Shown in pieces: positions 36,850 to 45,804 of a stretch of 64,000 bases of DNA. Each line of letters opens with the position of its first letter. The stretch's first letter is position 1. Both the position numbers and the translations under genes were made by a program. The notes under the pieces are model-generated. The model was not told the DNA's origin. It was given only the letters and a program-made list of their open reading frames with translations, and did no database searches. The DNA comes from a bacterium (GTDB lineage: Bacteria > Patescibacteriota > CPR2 > UBA1875 > CAIMLA01), in NCBI GenBank assembly GCA_037129835.1, contig JBAXUE010000001.1, positions 90,085 through 154,084 on the forward strand, written 5' to 3'.

Positions 36850-37524
36850 ATGAAAGACTTTGAGGTTGCAGAACGACTTTACAGCGTCAATGGGCCTGAC
36901 GGGTCAGGGAAGACTATTTTCGTTCGGTACTTGGCAGCCGAAATGGCTTCAATTGCCCCCACGATAGTAGTCAAGCCTTCACTGTTCTCAGAGTCATCGG
37001 CGTCTCGGAGTATCGGAGATCTCTTCGCCAAAGACGTAGAGGTAAAGAAGGACAGTAGGGTACGGAATACCTACTTCCTTGAGACTCTCAGCGTCAACTA
37101 CCGAGACAGAGTCATTCCGTTGCTGGAGCAGGGTTACTGTGTAATCCTGGATTCATCGGAGATCCGGGATGTAGCTTTTACAAAGGATATCTCGGATGAG
37201 TTGGCTCACTCAGATACACTTGAGTGGGTTCAAAGCGGAAAGCTGACTCATCGAACAGTCGCGAAGCATCAAGTATTTCTCTACTCGGAAGCCGAAGATC
37301 TCTTTGCCAATATCCTTGCAAGAGGAGAGTTTGGCTATGGAGATCCAAGGAGCTTGGAAGAGGCAGAACGTCGTCTCTTGTGCTATCAGGAAGCCTTCAA
37401 GCTTTTCCGCTTGATGGCTCCCGAAGAAGTCAACTGGCACTATCTGGAAAATCCTCGAGTACTTAATTTCGAGGAACAGCTTCGGCTACTGAGCCGACGA
37501 GTTATCGAAGGAGCAAGCTCATGA
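36850..37524 (+). CDS. dNMP/thymidylate-kinase-like P-loop kinase (GC-rich cassette)
   Basis: NGPDGSGKT Walker A, ILDSSEIRD ~ DRY-lid region of dTMP kinases. Confidence 0.5.
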   Translation: MKDFEVAERLYSVNGPDGSGKTIFVRYLAAEMASIAPTIVVKPSLFSESSASRSIGDLFAKDVEVKKDSRVRNTYFLETLSVNYRDRVIPLLEQGYCVILDSSEIRDVAFTKDISDELAHSDTLEWVQSGKLTHRTVAKHQVFLYSEAEDLFANILARGEFGYGDPRSLEEAERRLLCYQEAFKLFRLMAPEEVNWHYLENPRVLNFEEQLRLLSRRVIEGASS

Positions 37525-37994
37525 ACAAAGCATCCAAGTACGGTCTCAACACAATTAGAAATCAACTTGAGGCCGAGAAGGTTCGCTTGGTTGCCATACG
37601 CGAGAGCAAAGCGCTCGCGGCGGGGGACCAAGACAGCTGGCATGACGAGCAGTTCAAGACAGAGATGCAGGAAGAGACGAAGTCTCTAGATAGCATCGGT
37701 CATCTCGAACAGCTGCTCGATTCCCTAAAGGAGCATCAACCAGATGGGAATGATGTCGTTGACATCGGACACTATGTCACCCTGTCTTTCCCCGAAAAGG
37801 GGGAGAAGACCTTTTGGGTTGATGGGGTTGTAGTCTCTGGTCTTGCCCACGACACGGTTACTGTGGAGAGTCCTATCGGCAAAGTCATAATCGGCTCAAG
37901 AAGAGGTCAGACAGCCACATACGTGGTAGGCACAAGCAGTGTCCAACTCCAGGTTGTCGACATCTTCCTTCCGGAAGATCTTCCACCGTTGTAG
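37521..37994 (+). CDS. GreA/GreB C-terminal-domain protein (Rnk-like regulator of nucleoside diphosphate kinase)
   Basis: C-terminal FKBP-like segment HYVTLSFPEKGEKTFWVDG...SPIGKVIIGSRRGQTATYVV aligns with the GreA C-domain; short coiled-coil N-terminus; ATGA-coupled to kinase. Confidence 0.5.
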   Translation: MNKASKYGLNTIRNQLEAEKVRLVAIRESKALAAGDQDSWHDEQFKTEMQEETKSLDSIGHLEQLLDSLKEHQPDGNDVVDIGHYVTLSFPEKGEKTFWVDGVVVSGLAHDTVTVESPIGKVIIGSRRGQTATYVVGTSSVQLQVVDIFLPEDLPPL

Positions 37995-38014
37995 CCTTGC
38001 AGCATCAAGAGAAT

Positions 38015-38054
38015 GGGTGAATGGACCTAGCGCGCTAGCGCTAGGTCCTAAACC
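38015..38054 (+). terminator. GC-rich terminator GGACCTAGCGC-GCTA-GCGCTAGGTCC + CCTTTTTTAT
   Basis: 11-bp perfect stem read directly; closes the GC-rich cassette. Confidence 0.6.
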
Positions 38055-38064
38055 TTTTTTATAG

Positions 38065-38577
38065 TTATTTTTGTTTAGCTAATTCAACTGCCTTTAAACA
38101 CGTTGATTTTAAGTCAGTAAAAAAAGGTACTTCGGGACAATCCTGGGAAAATCTTCTTTTTATATACCGATGGTTTGTAAAACCGTCTTCAATGCCTATA
38201 ACCAAGTTGGCTCCTGTGTTTTCATGTTTTACTTTCCATTCAGCGAGCTCGAATCTGGTAGTTTGAGCAAATGGTCTTTCGCAATAATGTTCTTTTTCGC
38301 TAGCAAGCCAGAAAATAATAGCACCTTCTCTTGCACATCTGTTTAAATATTCAGTTTCCCAGTCAACTTGTTCATTATACATTTCTTGGGTAAAGTCTTT
38401 TTGTCTGTCTAGAACTCTTCTAGGGGAAGCTAGGTAGATATTTGGGTCGATTTCGTGGATATACTCCATGGCGACTTCTTGCCACCTTTCAGAGCCTTTG
38501 ATTGGTCCAGCTAAAAAGATCATGGGACCTTCTACTTCTCTTTTTTCTGGTGGGATGATTATTCTATCTTTATTCAT
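38065..38577 (-). CDS. nucleoside 2-deoxyribosyltransferase / DNPH1(Rcl)-like N-glycosidase family protein
   Basis: MIFLAGPIKG (LAGP motif) and TTRFELAEW (T-x-FE catalytic Glu context) of PF05014 family. Confidence 0.55.
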   Translation of the reverse strand: MNKDRIIIPPEKREVEGPMIFLAGPIKGSERWQEVAMEYIHEIDPNIYLASPRRVLDRQKDFTQEMYNEQVDWETEYLNRCAREGAIIFWLASEKEHYCERPFAQTTRFELAEWKVKHENTGANLVIGIEDGFTNHRYIKRRFSQDCPEVPFFTDLKSTCLKAVELAKQK

Positions 38578-38649
38578 GCCCTGATTATATCAAATATTCT
38601 TTATTTGGCTATTATATTATTATTTTTATGTGCTAAAATAGCTCCTAAT

Positions 38650-40086
38650 ATGGAAAAAATGATAATCGAGATTATGCTTGATACCTTTGGAGAAACACCT
38701 AAAAGTATTAGCAGAAAAAAGATAGGACTTCGAAACGAGGTTTTTGAAGTCATTTTCGATAAACAAGAGGCAGTTATTATTAGAATTGGAAAAAATAGTA
38801 ATCAATTAGTTGGATCATCTAGGTATATCCCGTTATTTCATTCACTTGGTATAACAGTTCCAGTTATTCTTAAAGAAGACTATTCGTTAGAAAGCCATCC
38901 ATATCCATATCATATTCAAACAAAAATTGATGGTCAGGATCTAGAAAAGATCTTTAACACCCTGACTTTTTTAGAGCTAAAAAAGGTTGCGAAATTCGTT
39001 TCAGACGTCTTTACAAAGCTAGTCACATTACCAACCGACGGATGTTTTGGAATTGTGGACTACCAAGCCGTAGGGTCACATAGCAGTTGGAAAGACTTTA
39101 TACGCTCTTTGCTAAAAGAAATAGAAGAAAGTGAATCGATAAAGCACCATATAGATAAAATTTTGGTCGCCAAGACCTTTGAAATAATTCACAGCTATGA
39201 AGAATATTTTGACACTGTTAGTTCTGAGTTTTTTACTCATGATATTAGTTCAAAAAATATTATGATTTATAATGGGAAAGTTATGGGTCTGGTTGATCTG
39301 GATGTGATGTGTTTTGGGGACCCATTATTTTCATTAGGCTCAATCGTTGCTACTTGGCCGGATTCAAAAAGGGGAATGTACTATATTAATGAAATTTATA
39401 AAAATTTGCACCTGACTTTTGAAAAAATAAAAATTGTTGAAATGTATGCTATATTCCAACGATTATGGTGGCTTTCAGAAATCGGTAAAAAGTTTAACGA
39501 CAATACCGTCAAGGTAGTAGATCGAAATATAATATCCGCGGGTTCTAGTATTCTTGATATATTGATAAGTAAATACGAAGAGAAAAAATTTTTTGAATAT
39601 AAGATGAAAAATATTACCTATAATAAAGAATATCCAAAGATGTTTTTAAAGGAAAGGAAGAAAATATTATCTTTATTTGGGGAAAATGTTCAAGTTTTTC
39701 ATATTGGCAGCACGGCGATTCCTGAAATGTCAGGCAAGGGAATAATAGACATTTTGATAGTAGTCCCTGCGTTTAAGATGGCCGTTGTTTCAGAAGAATT
39801 GTTGGCTTCCGGACTACTTTTGCGCGAAAATGCAGGTTCGTCTGGCAGAATATTCTTTTCCGATAAACCACTCGAGGCTTCCAATGTTCGTTTTCACTAT
39901 CATTTAGTCAGAGAAAACACCCCAGATCATCTGAATCCTATTAAATTTCGAGATTATCTTATCGCACATCCAGATACTGCTGGTGAATATCAGGCTTTAA
40001 AAGAAACCCTAGCGCAAAATAGCGCGACCAGCCGAGAATATCTTGAGGGGAAGGCGGAGTTTATCCAATCTATTCTTAATAAATAG
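38650..40086 (+). CDS. fusion: APH/choline-kinase-like phosphotransferase (N) + GrpB/UPF0157 nucleotidyltransferase-fold domain (C)
   Basis: HDISSKNIMIY...GLVDLDVMCFGDPLFSLG (APH catalytic/Brenner + DxD motifs); C-terminal VFHIGSTAIPEMSGKGIIDILIV (GrpB). Start moved to internal ATG (MEKMIIE...) to leave a divergent promoter. Confidence 0.55.
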   Translation: MEKMIIEIMLDTFGETPKSISRKKIGLRNEVFEVIFDKQEAVIIRIGKNSNQLVGSSRYIPLFHSLGITVPVILKEDYSLESHPYPYHIQTKIDGQDLEKIFNTLTFLELKKVAKFVSDVFTKLVTLPTDGCFGIVDYQAVGSHSSWKDFIRSLLKEIEESESIKHHIDKILVAKTFEIIHSYEEYFDTVSSEFFTHDISSKNIMIYNGKVMGLVDLDVMCFGDPLFSLGSIVATWPDSKRGMYYINEIYKNLHLTFEKIKIVEMYAIFQRLWWLSEIGKKFNDNTVKVVDRNIISAGSSILDILISKYEEKKFFEYKMKNITYNKEYPKMFLKERKKILSLFGENVQVFHIGSTAIPEMSGKGIIDILIVVPAFKMAVVSEELLASGLLLRENAGSSGRIFFSDKPLEASNVRFHYHLVRENTPDHLNPIKFRDYLIAHPDTAGEYQALKETLAQNSATSREYLEGKAEFIQSILNK

Positions 40087-40119
40087 TGGTACAATAAGTG
40101 CAAATTATATTGGAGAAAC

Positions 40120-40773
40120 GTGAGGAAAGAATTTTCGAATAAATTTAAAAATGCGTACGCGGAATTGTATAAACTTCATCCTCAAGTAGGTGAGCAAAAC
40201 CCGCGTTTCCGTTATCTAAGAGTAGACTGGTTCTTCCCGAATCATATACACAATGTTCTCGAACAAGTGAAGGATTTGGGTCAGAAATATTTTACTAGCA
40301 TAGATTATGAGGTGTGTCTATATGCGGGATTGCTTCACGACTCTGGACTGGTATATAAACGAGAAACCGCAGAGGCGACTGGTCATGAAGAAAGAAGTAT
40401 TGAATACGCCGAAAAAGAACTAAAAAATTTGGGTTACAGCCAAGATTTTATTATTAAAGTTCTCGAGTGTATTAGAGCAACCAATGTAGGATATGATTCT
40501 AAATTGCCAGAAGCAATATTGGTAAGAAATGCAGATGCATACGCTCATCTTATTTCTATGCACTTTTTTGCGAAAGCGAATTTTGCAAATGATATTATTT
40601 CTTTTATCGATTGGTTTGAGAACAAAGTCGAAAGAACATATAAAAAGATATCTATCCCAGAGCTACGTTTAGAGATTGGGCCACTAATGAATTATTATCA
40701 GAAAATGCTAGAAAATTATCGGAAACAACAAGTCTCAGAAAAAGTCTATTTGAATAATATTACAGGCGAATAG
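40120..40773 (+). CDS. HD-domain phosphohydrolase
   Basis: H...AGLLHDSG...NADAYAHL metal-binding His/Asp pattern. Confidence 0.55.
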   Translation: MRKEFSNKFKNAYAELYKLHPQVGEQNPRFRYLRVDWFFPNHIHNVLEQVKDLGQKYFTSIDYEVCLYAGLLHDSGLVYKRETAEATGHEERSIEYAEKELKNLGYSQDFIIKVLECIRATNVGYDSKLPEAILVRNADAYAHLISMHFFAKANFANDIISFIDWFENKVERTYKKISIPELRLEIGPLMNYYQKMLENYRKQQVSEKVYLNNITGE

Positions 40774-41363
40774 TGAATACTTATAACAAAATCTATAGCG
40801 AAAATAAAAACGTTTTTGGTCTTAAGCCTACTGCCATACTAGAAACTGCGTTAAAGGTTGTGAGCAATAAGAGCATTGCTCTCGATATCGGCGCCGGGCA
40901 GGGGAGAGATACAATATTTCTAGCGAAATCGGGCTTTGCTGTAGATTCCATTGAAAAATCAGATGTGGCAATAAACTATTTGAAAAGTTTGAATAATAGT
41001 AATATATGTCCTATTCAAACTCGGATAGAAGACTTTGATATTGTTGAAGATAGATATGATCTAATCAACGCAATTAATGTACTTCAGTTTGTGGAAGATG
41101 AGAACATTCCTAATGTAACTACAAAAATAAAAGCTGGTTTAAAGAGCGGTGGAGTAGTGGTTATCGCTTCTTTTACAGAGGAAGACCCGTCTTTTTTAGA
41201 GCAGTCGTTTAAGAAATATTTTGCGAAAGGCGAACTCAAAAAATTATTTTCTGATTTCGAAATCATTTTTTATCGTGAAAAGCTTGTGGACGATAATCCG
41301 CACGGCGGCACGCCTTACCCCCATCAGCACGGAGCTGTAGAAGTGGTGGCTAGGAAAAGGTAA
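40773..41363 (+). CDS. class I SAM-dependent methyltransferase (TehB-like)
   Basis: Motif I ALDIGAGQGRD; GTG start overlapping upstream stop. Confidence 0.6.
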   Translation: MNTYNKIYSENKNVFGLKPTAILETALKVVSNKSIALDIGAGQGRDTIFLAKSGFAVDSIEKSDVAINYLKSLNNSNICPIQTRIEDFDIVEDRYDLINAINVLQFVEDENIPNVTTKIKAGLKSGGVVVIASFTEEDPSFLEQSFKKYFAKGELKKLFSDFEIIFYREKLVDDNPHGGTPYPHQHGAVEVVARKR

Positions 41364-41459
41364 TAATCAACTATAATACTTAACTTGTGAACGGCATTCT
41401 TTCTTTAATCTTCCAATTTATGACCCTAGATGATAATATTTTAGTAACACGGAGGGTGA

Positions 41460-42176
41460 ATGTCAAAAAAGCTTGATCATAGATTTTGGGCAAAATATTT
41501 TAAGGTTTACGATGTACTGAATATGGTAATTCCTTACCAGGAGTTATTGGGCAGTATTATTAACGAGTTGGATATTAAAAAAGGCGACCTTGTTCTCGAT
41601 GCGGGTTGCGGAACCGGTAACTTGGCGGTAAAGATGAAGACCAAGGGTGCAAAGGTTATTGGTATAGATAATTGTATAGAGGCACTTGATATTTATAAAG
41701 AAAAGGATAAACAGGCAGAGATTTTAGTCCATGATCTTACTATGCCACTACCGTTTCCAGATGGTTTTTTTGACAAAATCGCGTCAAACAATGTTCTATA
41801 TACAATTTCAAAAGCAAATAGACAAGCTGTCTATAAAGAGCTTAAGAGAGTCCTTAAGCCAGGAGGACTTTTAGTAGTAGCAAATATTCAAAAGGATTTT
41901 AAGCCTCTGAATATTTACAAAGATCACTTAAAGCAAGATTTAAGTGTTAATGGTTATTTCAGATTAATGATAAAAATAGTTAAAATGTCATTTCCAACAA
42001 TTAAAATGTTTTATTATAATTCAATAATAAAAAGTAATAACAAATCAGGTTTCTATAACTTCATTGAGAAAGGTGAAGAGGCGAAAGACTTAGAAGGTCA
42101 TGGTTTTAAAATATTATCCGAACTACCCGTTTATAGTCAACAAGCTTTCTTAACAACAAGTAAAAAAAATGTATAA
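41460..42176 (+). CDS. class I SAM-dependent methyltransferase
   Basis: Motif I VLDAGCGTGNL, post-I acidic, LKPGGLLVV motif. Confidence 0.65.
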   Translation: MSKKLDHRFWAKYFKVYDVLNMVIPYQELLGSIINELDIKKGDLVLDAGCGTGNLAVKMKTKGAKVIGIDNCIEALDIYKEKDKQAEILVHDLTMPLPFPDGFFDKIASNNVLYTISKANRQAVYKELKRVLKPGGLLVVANIQKDFKPLNIYKDHLKQDLSVNGYFRLMIKIVKMSFPTIKMFYYNSIIKSNNKSGFYNFIEKGEEAKDLEGHGFKILSELPVYSQQAFLTTSKKNV

Positions 42177-42873
42177 AAACTTTTCTGTGAAGATAGGAGA
42201 AGAGACTATAGATTTCGGGATTGCTGTTGGTAAGGAAGAGATCGAAGACTTTGTAAGGCTAAGAACATATATTTATAATAAAAATGATTATTATTCGGAG
42301 AAGAAGAAAATTGATGTTGACGAATATGATAATAAAAAAACAATATATATTGTGGCCCATTCAAGGAAGAAAGTTGTGGCAGGTCTAAGACTAATATTTG
42401 ATAAATATTTACCTACCGAGAAAGACTGTTTTAGCTTTAAGGAACCAGTAGAAATGACTACCATACCACGAAATAAAAGATTTGAAATTGGCAGACTGGT
42501 TGTAACGAATAGCGCCGGCAGGGTACCGCGAAATATTTTAATGCTTGGTCTTTTTAAAGTTGTCATGAAATATTCGATTGAAAATGGACTTATGGGAGGA
42601 TACGCTTTTATTAAACAAAAGCTTTATAAAAAATTAGTATTTATTAATGCACCATTCCATGTAATAAAGAATTCAAAGTTAATATATGAAAAAGAAACAT
42701 TAAGAAACTATTTCGGGGATCCTTTGAATCCCGTTATCCCTATTTATTTTCTTGTTTCTGAATTTAAGAAATATGAAAAGAAAATTTTTAGTAAATATTT
42801 ATTCAAAAGTGTTGATGATGTTTATATTTTGAGAAGCGTTACTAGCTGGAATATACTGAGGCGCTTTTTATGA
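42169..42873 (+). CDS. GNAT-fold N-acyltransferase (FeeM/OlsB/LuxI-like acyl-amino-acid or autoinducer synthase family)
   Basis: FEIGRLVV and hydrophobic acyl-pocket segments typical of Acetyltransf_5-type N-acyl synthases. Confidence 0.45.
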   Translation: MYKNFSVKIGEETIDFGIAVGKEEIEDFVRLRTYIYNKNDYYSEKKKIDVDEYDNKKTIYIVAHSRKKVVAGLRLIFDKYLPTEKDCFSFKEPVEMTTIPRNKRFEIGRLVVTNSAGRVPRNILMLGLFKVVMKYSIENGLMGGYAFIKQKLYKKLVFINAPFHVIKNSKLIYEKETLRNYFGDPLNPVIPIYFLVSEFKKYEKKIFSKYLFKSVDDVYILRSVTSWNILRRFL

Positions 42874-45113
42874 TGTTTAATTTTTCTTCTATATTACTAT
42901 TAATTATTAGCGCAGTTAATTTAGTTCTGGGTTTATTAATTATAGTTAGAAACAGGAAAAGCATTCAAAATATTTTATTTTCTATTATGCTTTTTGGTAT
43001 CACCTTTTGGTCACTTTCCTTAATCCTCTATAATTTAGGCTTGCCAGAAACTATATATATATGGGGACAATTAGCCTATCTTTTTTCTGCATTAACTATA
43101 AGTTTATTTTTACAGTTTACTTTATACTTTCAAACAAAATTAGTAAATAAATTTGTTCAATACCTTTCTATTTTTTTGTGTACTGTGTATTTAGTTATAG
43201 CAGTTATACCATTTTCAATTTTTTCAAGTATTACAATAGCAGATGGTTTAATCGAAACTAGCTTAAACTGGGGTTATTATTTACATTCTATTATGACATT
43301 TGTTCTTTTCGGATGGGCTTTGATAAACCTAGTAATAAAGTACAATAAATCAACAGGAATATATCGTTCTCAATTAGTATTAATTCTTGTGGGTGCAACA
43401 ATTTCAACAGTCATTGCCATTTTTTCGAATGTTATATTATTTTCGAGTACAGGACTGTATAACTGGCTAGGACCAACAGGCACAATTTTTTTAGTTGGGT
43501 GTATAACATATGCCATTGTTAAACATAGATTAATGGATATTAGAATGGTTGTTGCTCGTTCGGTAGCATATATCATTCTTATTGTTACTTTGGCTGGTCT
43601 ATATGCCGGTGCAGTGCTCGGAATGGAATTTATCCTTTTCCCAAAAGAATTGACATCTTTCAGCTTAACCCAAGGAGGCTTAAGAACTGTTGTCGCCGTA
43701 ATTATGGTATTCCTCTTCCAGCCATTAAAAAACTGGATTACCAAAGCAACAGATAAAATATTTTTCCGAGGTAGATATGACGCCGATCAGCTACTTTCTG
43801 AGCTTTCAAATACAATGAGCTCGACAATCGTTCTTGTGGAGCTACTTTACCGAGTTAGCGATCTGATTCAAAAGAATATTAAGTCTACAAGAGTTCTTAC
43901 GGCACTCGTTAAGGATGACACCAGAATGTATAATGTCCAGGCAAATGGCTATAAAGAGACTCCCGATGTAGATCCCAGAGACGTCTACCATCTGGCCAAG
44001 GATGGAATTATCATCAAAGATGATCTGGAAGACGGCTCAAAATCAAAAAAACTCTTAACTGAATATAATGCGACTATGGCTGTGCCACTAAAGACAGATA
44101 GTGAGGTCATCGGAGTGATTCTTCTAGGTGAGAAAAATTCAGGGGAGATGTACAACCAGCAAGATATGAAGGTGATGGAGATTATTGGTCCAGAGCTAGC
44201 AGTTGCAGTTGAGAACGCCAAATCATACGAAGAGATATCAAAGTTCAATGTCACTCTGCGCCAGGAAGTGAAGAGAGCGACTTATCGCTTGAAACAGAAG
44301 AACTCGGAGCTACAGGAGCTAGATAAGGCCAAGGACGAGTTTATCAGCATGGCATCTCATCAGCTGCGAACGCCTCTGACGGCCATTAAGGGCTATTTAT
44401 CGATGCTACTCGAGGGAGATGCTGGAGATATCAAAGTAAGTCAGTATGACTTCATTAACGAGGCATACAGCGGTGCAAATAGAATGGTAGGACTGATCAA
44501 TGATCTTCTTAACGTATCTCGCATGGAAACAGGTCGTTTTTTTCTGGAGCCGAAGGAAGTGGATATTGAAAGGATTGTTAACGAAGAGGTTAAACAATTA
44601 TCACAACAGGCTAGGACTAAGGGTCTTTATCTAAAGGTTGAGAACAAAGGCAAGGTGCCCCATATTTGGGCAGACGAAACTAAAATTCGCCAAGTGGTAA
44701 TGAATTTTATGGACAATGCTCTCTACTACACCTTGACCGGAGGAGTGACCGTGACGCTAAGACATGATAAGGTAAATCTATATTATGAAGTCCATGATAC
44801 TGGCATAGGTGTTCCTGCAGACCAAAAACGGCATCTTTTTGAAAAGTTTTTCAGGGCAGATAATGCTCGTACTACACGGCCAGACGGTACCGGGCTTGGT
44901 ATTTATCTTGCGAAGAGAGTCATAGAAGATCATGGTGGAGAAATTATTTTCGAATCGGAAGTGGGCAAGGGCTCTATGTTTGGCTTCAAGTTTCCGCTTA
45001 AGAAAAAAGTTGGACCAAAGCCGATAAGTGCTCCTGCGCCACGGACGGTACATACAGCCGAAACAATGCAGGCAGTACAGACAGAGATTGTTGAAAAAGC
45101 TGCAATAAAATAA
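42870..45113 (+). CDS. sensor histidine kinase: ~8 TM N-terminal domain + GAF + HisKA + HATPase_c
   Basis: H-box FISMASHQLRTPLTAI, N/G boxes NALYYT...DTGIGVP...GTGLGIYLAK. Confidence 0.85.
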   Translation: MMFNFSSILLLIISAVNLVLGLLIIVRNRKSIQNILFSIMLFGITFWSLSLILYNLGLPETIYIWGQLAYLFSALTISLFLQFTLYFQTKLVNKFVQYLSIFLCTVYLVIAVIPFSIFSSITIADGLIETSLNWGYYLHSIMTFVLFGWALINLVIKYNKSTGIYRSQLVLILVGATISTVIAIFSNVILFSSTGLYNWLGPTGTIFLVGCITYAIVKHRLMDIRMVVARSVAYIILIVTLAGLYAGAVLGMEFILFPKELTSFSLTQGGLRTVVAVIMVFLFQPLKNWITKATDKIFFRGRYDADQLLSELSNTMSSTIVLVELLYRVSDLIQKNIKSTRVLTALVKDDTRMYNVQANGYKETPDVDPRDVYHLAKDGIIIKDDLEDGSKSKKLLTEYNATMAVPLKTDSEVIGVILLGEKNSGEMYNQQDMKVMEIIGPELAVAVENAKSYEEISKFNVTLRQEVKRATYRLKQKNSELQELDKAKDEFISMASHQLRTPLTAIKGYLSMLLEGDAGDIKVSQYDFINEAYSGANRMVGLINDLLNVSRMETGRFFLEPKEVDIERIVNEEVKQLSQQARTKGLYLKVENKGKVPHIWADETKIRQVVMNFMDNALYYTLTGGVTVTLRHDKVNLYYEVHDTGIGVPADQKRHLFEKFFRADNARTTRPDGTGLGIYLAKRVIEDHGGEIIFESEVGKGSMFGFKFPLKKKVGPKPISAPAPRTVHTAETMQAVQTEIVEKAAIK

Positions 45114-45128
45114 TACGCGAGGTTTAAA

Positions 45129-45803
45129 ATGGCTATAATACCAAAATATCATCAGTTTGATTGTGTTGAAAAGAATGAGCCTGACGATAGGCAAGCGGAC
45201 GCGATACTAAAATATAGACCGGATATCATAATCTTAGAGGGACCAGAAAGAGAAGGAAAACCCGACCTAATATTCAATGCATATGGCCCCCACGAAAAAC
45301 CAAAGAAAGAAATAGCTGACGTAATGGATGGTCTCAGGATAGCATCAAAACAATTTGGTTACGCTGTTTCAGATATGAAGGCCTTTGAGAATGTTCAGAG
45401 GCTTTGGAACGAGGGACATAATGTCTTAGAATACGGAGTTGACGGGCCAAAAGAGCTTAGATCTGAGTTTTATGAAGTTTGGAACCATTGTTATCCTTGT
45501 GCAAAAAAGAATTGGCTCTGGTGGGTCCATATCTATCTCAGAGAGCGAATAATGGCAAATCATATGGCCAATATTTTAAAAAACTATCAGGACAAACCGA
45601 ATCCTGTTATTTTGATATTTCTTCAAAGTTTCCATTGGAAACATGTTAAATTTCTCTTAACTAATCCGACCAAGGAAGAGAATTGGGAATATTACTTTGG
45701 CAGTTTCCCAGAAGTAACACCAGAAACGATTGCAGAAATGATTAAAAGAAATAATAAAGTATTTTATAAATATTGGATGAAATACTCAGATTTTAAGGAG
45801 TAA
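45129..45803 (+). CDS. hypothetical protein
   Basis: ORF track; Trp-rich C-terminus; no family recognised. Confidence 0.35.
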   Translation: MAIIPKYHQFDCVEKNEPDDRQADAILKYRPDIIILEGPEREGKPDLIFNAYGPHEKPKKEIADVMDGLRIASKQFGYAVSDMKAFENVQRLWNEGHNVLEYGVDGPKELRSEFYEVWNHCYPCAKKNWLWWVHIYLRERIMANHMANILKNYQDKPNPVILIFLQSFHWKHVKFLLTNPTKEENWEYYFGSFPEVTPETIAEMIKRNNKVFYKYWMKYSDFKE

Positions 45804-45804
45804 T

